Shown: positions 30,801 to 40,715 of the stretch, one piece after another | How positions within the stretch are numbered: position 1 is the stretch's first letter | How the letters are laid out: each line of letters opens with the position of its first letter | DNA from: Candidatus Latescibacterota bacterium | Lineage (GTDB): Bacteria; Latescibacterota; UBA2968; UBA8231 | Reading direction: 5' to 3' | Assembly: GCA_965223905.1 (NCBI GenBank) | Contig: CBDCXV010000011.1 | Span: forward strand, 1,184,001 to 1,248,000 | DNA length: 64,000 bases | The notes under the pieces: model-generated | What the model was told of the DNA's origin: nothing | What the model saw: only the letters and a program-made list of their open reading frames with translations | Databases searched by the model: none | Translations under genes and position numbers: made by a program

Positions 30801-31908
30801 CATCAAGTTCAATATCTCCATTTTCATCTCGTTCAAAATATCCAGCTCGGTATTCGTGGTTGACGTTGATGATGTGATACCACTCCGCCTTGCGGCCCTC
30901 GCTGCGCGCCTTGACGACCATGTTGCGGGTGCGATCCAGACTGCCGTTGGAACCGATAAGTTGATCGAGTTGTGTCTGAACTCTGCCTTCCGAAGTCGTG
31001 CCACAGTTGTAGATGTACTGCTCGTTCATGAGGATGTTAGCCGGTCCCGGATCCGTGTTCGGACGAAAGAATTTTTGGCGGAATTCATCCTGTTCGTCGT
31101 CCGACCAGGTTTCGTCCTCGTCGACGTCGACACTGCCGACCGCGACGATGGCGCGCGTGGTGTCTCGTTCGCGGATCGCTTCGATTACCTTGCCCAGGTT
31201 GGTGTAGGTAGCCGAGTCGTAGATGCCGCCCCGAAAGCCACCCTCGCTATACCAATTCGGATAACTCTCGTGCCCGACTAAGTAGCCGAAGAAGCCGGCA
31301 CTATTCGTAGCGTTTCCCCACTTGTCGGACAAGGCCCTAACCTGCTGTTCCAGTCTATGCTCGACACTGCCGTTCATCATATCTGGTACGCCGGCAAAAT
31401 CGATCAGGCGGTCTCCGACGGGATGCTTGCTGTAGTAAGGGCCACCCCCGGGGGAGGTGAGATCGCCGTCGCCGGCGGCCTGCTCCACGACAAGGCCGCC
31501 GTAAGCCTTGAAGGTGTCTATTATAGCCTGCTCCAGAAGCTGCATGCGGGTGTAGGCATTGTTTTCTCTCTCGTCTTCGGTGTTTCCCGGTAGAGCCTCG
31601 ATATCAGAAAAATCATGGTGCCCATGAACATCCGCACGCCCTATCCGGGGCGTTTGGATCAGCAGGTTGACGCCGAGCTCCGCCAAGGAATCAGCATCGC
31701 TTTGCCTGAAGAACCGGTCGTAGGAATCCAAATCGGCCCCCGACCACCCGGCCGGCGACCACACGCCAATAACGAAACGCTCGATCGGGGCCTGGGCGCG
31801 CAGGCTCAGCGGCCACAGGGCCACCGACAGCAGCAGAATCAACCCAAGGCGCCACACGGCGCCGCCTTTGTTTGTCATATACCGTCGTCGCATGGTTCTC
31901 ACCTTCAC
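24798..31908 (-). CDS. giant secreted protein: glycoside-hydrolase-like N-domain plus FN3, Calx-beta-like and cadherin-like repeats; frameshift near 25200-25240 and C-terminal truncation
   Basis: Signal peptide; YMALARGATGIVYY; LTNGxxYxFxVRA (FN3); PDYENPADANRD (cadherin-like); DxDxxDExVxLGF repeats. Continues in ORF 24798-25202. Confidence 0.85.
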
Positions 31909-32013
31909 CTAAGCGTTAAGGGGGGTTGGGAAAAAGCCCGTTCCGGCCACCGGTCCGGGTTTAGGTTTGTTGGACAAGCGCGTCGCGCGCGACAAAGGGT
32001 GCGCGCCGGGTTT

Positions 32014-33237
32014 TCATTCCTCTACCGGCAGGCGCCAGCGCGCAAGTCGTTGGTTGGCTATCCATAACACGCTGCCGTCGTAGTACAGCTTTCGAGCCAG
32101 ATAAACCCTACCAACGAAGGCATCCGCATTCGAGCCGGTAGGCGTGCGGTGCAATTGGCCGGACTCGAACACGCCGATCCATCCCCCTCCGTCCATCCAG
32201 ATACGACCGGCGCGCTCTGCGGCCATCGAGGGCCTTCCCTGGCCGTAGAAAGAGGAGTACTCGTACTCCATCCACCCGCTCGCGGTCTTTTTTACCAGGA
32301 GATAGGGAGTTGAAATCCACAGCGTTCCTCCCGGGTCGACCAGCATGCCCACGCTGTTTACCCCTATGGGCGCCCCAAGGGAAACCTGGTACCCGCGCCA
32401 CTCGCTACCGTCATACGAAATCAGCGAAAAGAAATCCGAAGAAGTATTGACGAAGTCGGGAACATCATAGACCGGCTTGCCCCACACCGTGCCGGTGCCG
32501 TCCACGGCAACCACATCGATCCATGAGTAGTCAGGCAACCCATCGGCCAACGAAAACCGCCGCCACTCACGCCCGTCGAAGCGTAGCATCAGGGCCGGAT
32601 TCATCCCCCCCAAATCCACACTGTACCCTCCCATCCACACCGTGTCCCCCGTTCCTTCCCCCAAACTGGACAGAAATCCGATTCCGAAATCCTCCAAGCC
32701 GCTGTACTCCGTCAGCGTATCCCCCGATATGCGGCACACCATGTCGTTCGACAGATGGTCCGTCACCGTTATCCAGATCCGGCCCTGCGCGTCCCGACCG
32801 AGGTTCTGGACATACCGAGACCAGACTACACGCCGCCAAGAGGTGGTGCTGTCAGAGAATACATACAGCCCGGCTGGCTCCCTGGCGTATGCCCACAGCC
32901 GTCCCTGGGCGTCCTTGGTGACTTGGGAGAACTTGCCGGGATACACACCGAGTTCGGTGACCAGATCCGATTCGGTGACCGTCGGCGTAATGACGGTCCC
33001 CGAACCGGTTCCGATCCGTTGCCCAGAGTCTGTGACCGACCGGCCCGGCCCTATATCGACCCTTACGAGATTCGAAACCGTGCGCGTCTCGAAGGTGGAA
33101 GACGGGGTGCCCCTGGCCCCCGAGGGGCCCTCCACCAGCACCTCCAGGGTTCCCGTATCGTTTTGGGCGGTCGCCTCTAGCCGCATCCACAGCAGCAGCG
33201 CCAGGCCGGCCAGAGAAAGTCGTCGTATCTGTCGCAT
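32014..33237 (-). CDS. secreted beta-propeller (Reg_prop-like) protein
   Basis: Signal peptide; DAQGRLW, DGTGTVW and FSLADGLP repeats. Confidence 0.75.
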   Translation of the reverse strand: MRQIRRLSLAGLALLLWMRLEATAQNDTGTLEVLVEGPSGARGTPSSTFETRTVSNLVRVDIGPGRSVTDSGQRIGTGSGTVITPTVTESDLVTELGVYPGKFSQVTKDAQGRLWAYAREPAGLYVFSDSTTSWRRVVWSRYVQNLGRDAQGRIWITVTDHLSNDMVCRISGDTLTEYSGLEDFGIGFLSSLGEGTGDTVWMGGYSVDLGGMNPALMLRFDGREWRRFSLADGLPDYSWIDVVAVDGTGTVWGKPVYDVPDFVNTSSDFFSLISYDGSEWRGYQVSLGAPIGVNSVGMLVDPGGTLWISTPYLLVKKTASGWMEYEYSSFYGQGRPSMAAERAGRIWMDGGGWIGVFESGQLHRTPTGSNADAFVGRVYLARKLYYDGSVLWIANQRLARWRLPVEE

Positions 33238-33274
33238 GGGTATCTCCCTCTTATTTGGGATGACTCCAACTATC

Positions 33275-34342
33275 CTATCCTTGATTCGGTGAAGCAGCGC
33301 CGTCGGGTTCGGTTCCTGCCTTAGCTTCGTCCCCGCAGAACGGCAAATCTCCTCCGTATCTGATGCCATTCAGCGCCGCGGGAACGCATCCGCTCAAGTC
33401 GTTGCCGAAGAGGCGCAGCTCTTCCAGGTTGGTCAGTTGGCCCAATTCGGGCGGGATCGAACCGCTCAAGCCGTTCCCCTCGAGGTTCAGCCCTTTCAGG
33501 TGGGTCAGCTGCCCCAGTTCGGACGGGAGCGAACCCCACAACCCGTTTTCGGATAGAGACAGCCCGATGATGCGGCCGTTGGAGTCCGTCTCGACGCCAT
33601 ACCATTTACTCAGGGGCACGTCGTAGTTCAGCCAGTTGGTTTTTTTCTTCCAATTCTTCCCGTGGTTGTTCGCCTTGTACAGCGCCGCCAGTGCGGATGC
33701 TTCCGGATCCCCGTCAGGTGGTTCGCTTTGATCGTCCCCGCAGAACGGCAAATCCCCTTTGTAGGCTTCCTTTTTGAGCGCACCGGGGACGCATCCGCTC
33801 AACTGATTGCCGCGGAGGTCCAGCACTTTCAAGTTGGTCAGCTGGCCCAGCTCGGCCGGGACGAAACCGCTCAACTGGTTGTTGGAGAGGGACAGGTATT
33901 CCAAGTTGCCCAGCTGGCCCAGTTCAGGCGGAATGGAACCGCTCAACTCGTTGGAGCCAAGGTCCAGCGTATCCAGGTTGACGAGCTGGCCCACCTCGGG
34001 CGGAATGGAACCCCCCAACCCGTTTTCCGATAGAGACAGCCCGGTGATGCGGCCGTCGCGGTCCGTCTCGACGCCGTACCATTCACTCAGGGGCACGTCG
34101 TAGTTCAGCCAGTTGGTTTTGTTCCCCCAATTCTTCCCGTGGGTCGCCTTGTACAGCGCGGCCAATGGGGCAGCTCGTTCCCGGCGTTCGCCGATATTGT
34201 CGATCGCTGCTACCGGATCGCTATATGTCAGGCTGCTGCTGTCGCGCTTGGCGCCCTGATCAGGATTATTGACCCCCTTGCTTTTGTCTGAGCACGAAAG
34301 CAGCAACGGCAATGCGAGCCCAGCGAAAAACAGTCGTCTCAT
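33275..34342 (-). CDS. lipoprotein with two plant-type LRR blocks
   Basis: LLSC lipobox; LSGSIPPELGQLTNL repeats; an internally duplicated unit. Confidence 0.9.
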   Translation of the reverse strand: MRRLFFAGLALPLLLSCSDKSKGVNNPDQGAKRDSSSLTYSDPVAAIDNIGERRERAAPLAALYKATHGKNWGNKTNWLNYDVPLSEWYGVETDRDGRITGLSLSENGLGGSIPPEVGQLVNLDTLDLGSNELSGSIPPELGQLGNLEYLSLSNNQLSGFVPAELGQLTNLKVLDLRGNQLSGCVPGALKKEAYKGDLPFCGDDQSEPPDGDPEASALAALYKANNHGKNWKKKTNWLNYDVPLSKWYGVETDSNGRIIGLSLSENGLWGSLPSELGQLTHLKGLNLEGNGLSGSIPPELGQLTNLEELRLFGNDLSGCVPAALNGIRYGGDLPFCGDEAKAGTEPDGAASPNQG

Positions 34343-34346
34343 GGCA

Positions 34347-34608
34347 TTATTCTCCTGCTTGGCTTGTGATACTCTTTGATCCGGTATCTCGAAGGGCCTT
34401 CAGGTATTCCGACTCGGTACCGGGGTACGAGTCATTCGCATAGTGATGCTCGTACGTCCAGCGATTACCCACCGCCAATGGGACGTAGTCGTGCGGATCG
34501 AGTTCTAACCGGAGAGAATCGGGCTCATCGATTTCATGGACGGCCACAGCGGCTGAATAGCTAACCAAAAAAACGAGCATGAACATTGGCAATCTCATCC
34601 CACGACAT
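34347..34608 (-). pseudogene. truncated secreted-protein gene
   Basis: Signal peptide plus DYVPLAVGNRWTY, then an early stop. Confidence 0.45.
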
Positions 34609-35063
34609 TTCATCGAATAACCTCCTATGGGTACCGGGGCGAGCATCTGAATTTCACGTCCCAAGTTATGGACTACTCTACTGATATCATCGCACACAAG
34701 ATGACCCTCTGGTTGCCAAAACAAGCGCCCAGACACCGCCACCGCTTACGTGATTCGGGCCCTTTTGCATGAGCGCGGGGAAGGGCACGAGCACAGGGCG
34801 CCTTCGCCGCTGCCAAAACCCACTCCATCATTCGCTACACACCGCGCCCTAAGTTTAATTGCGCCTGACTGCGCAGGGTTTCGCTTGGCCCGTACAAGAA
34901 ACCCCGCCAATATGCCCTTGTCAATACCAATACCTAAATTTGTTTGGGAGCAAAAACATCCCTCCTTGCCCCCTTTATCTCTTCTATGGGCGCCTACCTC
35001 TCCTATCCGTTAGATCACCGGGTTCGGGCACGCTGTACCCTCCCTGCTTGTTAAGATCCGGTT

Positions 35064-35080
35064 CGCAAATTCTGTGCCAA
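35064..35080 (-). promoter_or_regulatory. sigma54 promoter TTGGCACAGAATTTGCG
   Basis: GG-N10-GC -24/-12 consensus. Confidence 0.75.
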
Positions 35081-35711
35081 TTTTTTTGAAAACAGACTAA
35101 CATACGGTATATGCGGAAGTTATATCGTATGTGGGTTTCCTGGCAAGATTTCGGGAAGTGTTTCGAAATGCGACACGCCCATCGCTCGCGACGACCTAAT
35201 GCCCTGTTGCGGGGAGACTTCAACTGTAAGTTTTTGAACAAGTTATAGGAAATATTCGGAGACGGGACGGGGAATGTGTCGCATTTTTCAACGAATGTCC
35301 CATTTTGCGACAGTCCTCACGCATTGGGGGATCACCGCATCGATCCCCTCGACGCGCAGGCCGTCTCGACCCTCTATCCCCATCGTCAAGGCCTCCCCTG
35401 CTCAACCCACAGATTCTCCGGAGGAGCCTCATTTTTCCTCCTTCATTCAGGAGGGAGTCATCAAAGGCGCCCACCTCCACCGTGCTGCTGTCGATCTGAC
35501 CGCCTTTCAGGATCACCCCTGCCGGCGGCAGGTAGTCCGCGGCCTCACAGTCGGCAGCTACGGCCCCCCAGGCCCAGCTCACTGCGAGCAGCTCGGCCAG
35601 GGTCAGGCTGATCATCTTTTTCGTTTCCATCATCTTTTCGTTTCCATGGTGTTTTCCTCTCCTCAATCGTTCAGCAGCGACGGGAAGAGTCTTGCATATC
35701 AAGACTTGGTC

Positions 35712-35728
35712 TGCAAATCCTGTGCCAA
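35712..35728 (-). promoter_or_regulatory. sigma54 promoter TTGGCACAGGATTTGCA
   Basis: Consensus match; IHF-like TATCAATAAGTTA at 35881-35893. Confidence 0.8.
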
Positions 35729-36059
35729 TCTGTTAGAAAGCGGACTAACTTATTGCAAATGCAAGAGTTATATCGTATGTGAGTCTCCTTGCAAGATTTG
35801 GGGAAGCGTTGCAGAATGCGACACGTACATCGCTCCGAAGACCGAATGCCCTGTGGCAGAAGAAACTGCAACTGTTTGTTTATCAATAAGTTATAGAAAA
35901 GAATAAGAAGCAGGACGGGGAATGTGTTGCAATTTGGAACGCGAGTCGCATTTTGCGACACACCTCACACATAGCAGATCACCAGCTCGATCCCCTGGAT
36001 GCACCGGGAGTCCCGACCCTCGTACCGGGGTTTGCTGGTCAGGGAGGGTACTATCATGG

Positions 36060-36812
36060 ACGCGACGATGGTTCAGGCCTCTCCTTCGACCAAGAACCGG
36101 GATCGTCAACGGGATCCGGAGATGGGCTCTCGACCGACTCGACGATCACCGGCGACGACACCGAGATCGGCAGTCGCCCGGTGCGGGGTGTGTCCGCCCC
36201 GGGGACCAGCTTCAGGCTGATCCGGCTGAGAGCCCCCACAACCCGGGGGACCTACTACTACGGAGCCTGCGTGCCGCCGGCCTCGACCCGCAGGCCGTGC
36301 GAGGGGGTGCGGGCACCGGCCCGGTTGAGCGACCCGAAGGTCACGCCCGTTCCCACGGTCAGGTTGCCGTCATCGGCCACGATCAACTCCGGCCGGTCGT
36401 TTGCGTCGGTGCCGAGCGGCGCCAGGAAACAAACCGTCGTGTTGTCGGAAATCGTCAGGCTCGCGCCGTCCAGGACCGTGACGTCTCCGCCCACATGGAC
36501 CGGGCCCGGTCCCCAGGTTTCCGTACCGTCAATCGGGCCTACCCAATGGTCGAAATAGACATCGACCCGCGCGCTCCCGGTTCCCGGGTTGTTCTCGTCA
36601 CGGGTCACGCGGATGTTGCGGACCGCCCGCCGGGAAGATGGATGCGGCTCGAAGTCAGGGTGCCCCGGGTAGTAAGGGCGGGACCTGAATACACCTACAT
36701 CAGGTACCTGAAAATGGCCGTCGTCCGCGGCCGTCACCTCCAGGCGCAGATTCGGATTGTCCAGAGCCGTGCTCGTGGGCAAGGAGTTGTCCGGGTCCTG
36801 GTAATACGCCAT
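36060..36812. pseudogene. fragments of secreted-protein genes on both strands
   Basis: Plus-strand CARDB-like RAPTTRGTYYYGACV and minus-strand ORF 36258-36812, which has no signal peptide. Confidence 0.4.
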
Positions 36813-36905
36813 CGCCTGGAATTTTGCCTATAAGATGCTACGGGCCGGGGGACTTGCGTCCTGCCGCGGCTTCCCCCCAGAGACCGGCTTGCCGCCGACG
36901 CGAAA

Positions 36906-37901
36906 ATGTGCGATTACATAGCCGCAATTTTCCAAAGCCCTTCCGGAGGTATCGCTGCCGTGCTGCTCCTGCCCCCGCTCGAAAGCCTGCGCTTCTTCGA
37001 GGCCGCCGCCCGCCACCAGAGCTTCGCCCGCGCCGCGGCCGAGCTCGGCGTCACCCCGCCCGCCGTCGCCCACCGCGTCCGCAGCCTGGAGAAGCATCTC
37101 GAGGTCCCGCTGTTCGACCGCCACCACCGGGGCGTGCGCCTCAACCGCCGCGGCCGGGCCTACCTGAACGAGGTGCAGCGCATCCTCGGCGATCTCCACG
37201 GCGTCTCCGAACGGCAGCGCCGCTGGCCCCGCCGCGTGCGCATCGTCTCGGTCGAGGCGGTCGCCGAGAAGTGGCTGGTGCCGCGGCTGGCCACCTTCAA
37301 GGCCGCCCACCCCGGCATCGCCATCGAGGTCGAGACCAACCACCGGGGCGTCGATCCGGACCGCCGCGACTTCGACGCCTGGTTCGCCTACACCGGCGAG
37401 ACCGCGGCCCCGCGCCCGGTGACGCGGCGTGAGGACCTCTTGTTGGAGGAGACGCTCTACGAGGAGCAGCTGCTGCCGGTCTGCAGCCCGGCCCTGCTCG
37501 CGGCGCGCGGACGGCCCCGCCGACCGGCCGGCCTGCACCACTGGCCCCTGCTCTACGACCTGGGATGGGACGCCGACTGGTCGTACTGGTTCGCCCGCCA
37601 GGGCCAGTCCACGCCCGACCTGTGGCGGGCCTCGGGCTTCCGCCTCTACAGCATGCTGGTCCAGGCCGCAGTGGCCGGGCTCGGGGCCGCCATCGGACGC
37701 TCGAGGCTGATCGCGCAGGAGCTGGAATGCAGAACCCTGGTCCCCGTCTTCCAGCGCCAGGCCGAGGCGGTTGAACGCTGCTGCCTGATCACCACCGCGC
37801 CGGCCCGGCAGCGCCCCGAGGTGCGGACTTTCCGCAAATGGGTCCTGGGGGAGGCCGAAACCGCGGGCCGGCGAGCCGACGACCTCCCGCGCCAGCGGTG
37901 A
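36906..37901 (+). CDS. LysR-family regulator (GcvA-like)
   Basis: Motif LPPLESLRFFEAAARHQSFARAAAELGVT. Start uncertain. Confidence 0.92.
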   Translation: MCDYIAAIFQSPSGGIAAVLLLPPLESLRFFEAAARHQSFARAAAELGVTPPAVAHRVRSLEKHLEVPLFDRHHRGVRLNRRGRAYLNEVQRILGDLHGVSERQRRWPRRVRIVSVEAVAEKWLVPRLATFKAAHPGIAIEVETNHRGVDPDRRDFDAWFAYTGETAAPRPVTRREDLLLEETLYEEQLLPVCSPALLAARGRPRRPAGLHHWPLLYDLGWDADWSYWFARQGQSTPDLWRASGFRLYSMLVQAAVAGLGAAIGRSRLIAQELECRTLVPVFQRQAEAVERCCLITTAPARQRPEVRTFRKWVLGEAETAGRRADDLPRQR

Positions 37902-37939
37902 CCGGGCGCCGAACGTCCATTTCTGCAAGGGGATAGTGA

Positions 37940-38290
37940 GGCCCACGGGGGCCGCATCCGGGCCGGAGAGCGAGGGCCCCGGCCTGGGGGCGCGGTTCAC
38001 CTTCACGATTCCCGTGGTCAAAGAGGCCGCAACCAGGTCCGCTGCGCGTTCCCGAAGGGCGCCGCTGACCGCGAGGGCCCCGGCCGCCGGCAGGTGCCCC
38101 CCGTTCGAGAAGCAGGCCGGCGGCTCGAGCGGCTGTCCCCAGGTCCTCGACGGCGACGCCGACCAAATACTCCGCTTCCGTCTGGTTCGGCGCGACGATA
38201 TCGAACGCCCCGAAGGCGTCCGCCGGGATGCCGGCAGCCGGGGCCGGGTCGAGGACGACGCGGACGTTGCGGTCCCTGGCGGCCAATCTC
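37940..38290. pseudogene. histidine-kinase C-terminal relic (+) and ribokinase/PfkB relic (-)
   Basis: ESEGPGLGARFTFTIP and VVLDPAPA...DIVAPNQTEAEYL. Confidence 0.6.
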
Positions 38291-38388
38291 CCGGGGTAAA
38301 TCCGGCAGGCCGTTGTACTTGATCAGCGTCTGCGAATGCTTGCCGGCCGTCGCAGGCTGCGGGGGGTCGCAGCCCGGACCGATGCAAC

Positions 38389-38958
38389 TCACTTCCCCGG
38401 GGGAAACACCTCCGGGTTGCGCTGCCGGAAGAGCTCCAACCAGTAGAACCCGGCGACGACGAGGGCGTGGTCGATGTCGCCGTTGCGGATCAGGCTTTCG
38501 ATCCCGGCCAGGTCCACCTCCTCGACGGCGATCTCCTCGGCGGCGTCGAGCCGGGGCTCCCGCTGGCGACGCGCCCCGAGGGCGAGGAAGGTGTGCATGT
38601 GATTGTCCTGGATCGCCGGGTTGGCGGCCACCCTGCCGATCAGGATGAGCTCCCCGGCAACGTAGCCGGTCTCCTCGAGCAGCTCGCGGCGCGCGGTTTC
38701 CTCATGCGTCTCCCCCGCGTCGACCACCCCGCCCGGGATCTCCAGGCTGATCTCCCCGGTCCCGTGCCGGTACTGCCTGATGACGACCACCTTCCCCTGC
38801 GGGGTGACTGGGATGACGTTGACCCAGTCCGGCATGCCCAGGACGTAGAAGTCGTGCAGGGCACCGGTGCGCGGGGACCGGCGCCGCTCCCGGCGGAGCT
38901 TGAAGACGCGGAAGTCGCCGAGGTCCTCGCTGTCGGTCGTCGGCCAGTGTTCGGTCAT
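38389..38958 (-). CDS. NUDIX hydrolase (ADP-ribose pyrophosphatase-like)
   Basis: Nudix box EIPGGVVDAGETHEETARRELLEETG. Confidence 0.93.
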   Translation of the reverse strand: MTEHWPTTDSEDLGDFRVFKLRRERRRSPRTGALHDFYVLGMPDWVNVIPVTPQGKVVVIRQYRHGTGEISLEIPGGVVDAGETHEETARRELLEETGYVAGELILIGRVAANPAIQDNHMHTFLALGARRQREPRLDAAEEIAVEEVDLAGIESLIRNGDIDHALVVAGFYWLELFRQRNPEVFPPGK

Positions 38959-38967
38959 CGGATCGGC

Positions 38968-40386
38968 TCAGACCTCGAGGGCCTGGCGCAGCTGGCGCAG
39001 CGCCGCTTCCGGGGTCGTCGATACATCTACCGCTATCGCCCCGGCAGGGATCTCGAGGGTCTCGAACTGGCTGCGCAGCAGGCTCCGCGGCATGTAGCGG
39101 TGCACGCGGTCCGCGAGGCGGGCGGCGATCACCTCTTCGGCGGCGTGCAGGTGGGCGAAGCGGACCTCGCTGCGGCCGGCGGCGAGGAGGTCGCGGTAGT
39201 TCTGCTTCAGGGCCGAGCAGGCGAGGATGCAGCTCTCGCCGCGGCCGATCCGTTCCCCGAGCATGGCGGCGAGGTGCTCGAGCCAGGGGCGCCGGTCGTC
39301 GTCGTCGAGGGGCACCCCGGAGGCCATCTTGGCGACGTTCGCCTCCGGGTGGAAGTCGTCGCCGTCGAGGAACGGCCACCCGAGCTCGGCGGCCAGCAGC
39401 TCCCCTATCGTCGTCTTGCCGCTTCCGGTGACTCCCATCAGCACGAGCGCCACCGGGGGCTCCGGCGCTTGCAATACCCTGCGGTAGAACTGCTGCAGCA
39501 CCCGCTGTCCCGCGGCCGACACCGCGCACTCCACCGGGAACCCGGCGCCGCGGCCCAGGCCGCACGCGACCCGGCCGCGCGCCTCCGCGTCGGTCTCGAC
39601 GTCGATCCGGTGGACGGCGGTCTCGCAGAGAGAGCTGTCGATGGCGAAAGCGACGGCGAGCAGGTCGTGGAGGTGGATGACCGCTCTTCCCTGGGTCTGC
39701 TCCATGCGCGCCATTCCCGTGCGCGCCGCGGCCTCGCAGAATGCCGCGGCCGGCGTGGGATCGGCGCCCAGCCGCCGCTGCAGGGCGGCGCGGGACAGCT
39801 CGACCTGGCGGGTGGCGTCGAGCGGCACCAGGGTCAGGACGGCGCCGGAGCGGACGACCGCCTGGGCCGCCTCCGGGTCGGCGTAGAAGTTGAACTCGGC
39901 GGCGGCGGTGACGTTGCCCGGTTCCACGAGGGCCCCGCCCATGACGACGATCCTTCCGGCGCGCTTGAGCAGGCCCGGCTCGCGGGCCTCGGCGAGGGCG
40001 AGATTGGTCAGGGGCGCCACCGCGATCACGGTGATCCCGGGCTCCTCCCGCAGGCGGCCCACCAGGTAGTCGGCCGCGTCCCCCGAGGCCTGGCCGGAAG
40101 GGGACGGCAGCTCGGCCTCGCCGAGACCTCCGGCGCCGTGGAAGTGCGTGGCGCGCAGGGGCCGGCGCCGCAGCGGCCGCGCGGCGCCGGCGTACACCGG
40201 GACGTCGCCGCGGCCGGCGAGCTCGGTGATCCTGAGGGCGTTGGCGACCCCGGCGGCCAGCGGCACGTTGCCGCTGGCAACGGTGATCCCCCGGACCTCG
40301 AGCTCGGGCGAGGCGAGGGCGAGCAGGATGGCCATGGCGTCGTCGACGCCGGGGTCGACGTCGAGTATGACTGCTTCGGGTGGCAT
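38968..40386 (-). CDS. nucleoside hydrolase-gluconokinase fusion
   Basis: DVDPGVDDA, GNVTAAAEFNFYADPEAA and HLHDLL, then GVTGSGKTT, DGDDFHP and LACSALK in a single frame. Confidence 0.85.
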   Translation of the reverse strand: MPPEAVILDVDPGVDDAMAILLALASPELEVRGITVASGNVPLAAGVANALRITELAGRGDVPVYAGAARPLRRRPLRATHFHGAGGLGEAELPSPSGQASGDAADYLVGRLREEPGITVIAVAPLTNLALAEAREPGLLKRAGRIVVMGGALVEPGNVTAAAEFNFYADPEAAQAVVRSGAVLTLVPLDATRQVELSRAALQRRLGADPTPAAAFCEAAARTGMARMEQTQGRAVIHLHDLLAVAFAIDSSLCETAVHRIDVETDAEARGRVACGLGRGAGFPVECAVSAAGQRVLQQFYRRVLQAPEPPVALVLMGVTGSGKTTIGELLAAELGWPFLDGDDFHPEANVAKMASGVPLDDDDRRPWLEHLAAMLGERIGRGESCILACSALKQNYRDLLAAGRSEVRFAHLHAAEEVIAARLADRVHRYMPRSLLRSQFETLEIPAGAIAVDVSTTPEAALRQLRQALEV

Positions 40387-40715
40387 TCGGGCGAGGCCTG
40401 TAGGCTCTTGCGGGAACCCCTTCGCCGCGGTCTCGGACAGCGGGCCTGAAGGTCGGTTGGTTAAGATCTGCGAAGTACCGGAATCGGGGGCGAACCGGAG
40501 CGATTCGGCCCTCGGCGAGACGCGAAAACCCGCCGCGAGGACGGTCCGTCCGCCCCACCCTGCACATGGATCCGCGTCCGGGGGAATCCTATCCAGCACC
40601 CCGGCGAGGGTCAAGCGCCTTCCCCCTGCCGCGGCGGCCTGGTGCCTGCGAGGGCAATTCCGCGTGAATTCGGGCCCGTTGCCTTCGCTCGCCGTACACC
40701 CCCGGTACGGCTCGC

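Larger units (their letters stand above)
35064..35962. repeat. two diverged copies (~250 bp) of a sigma54 promoter module, ~35064-35312 and ~35712-35962
   Basis: Colinear similarity, including -24/-12 boxes and TGTCGCA/TGCGACA boxes. Confidence 0.75.
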
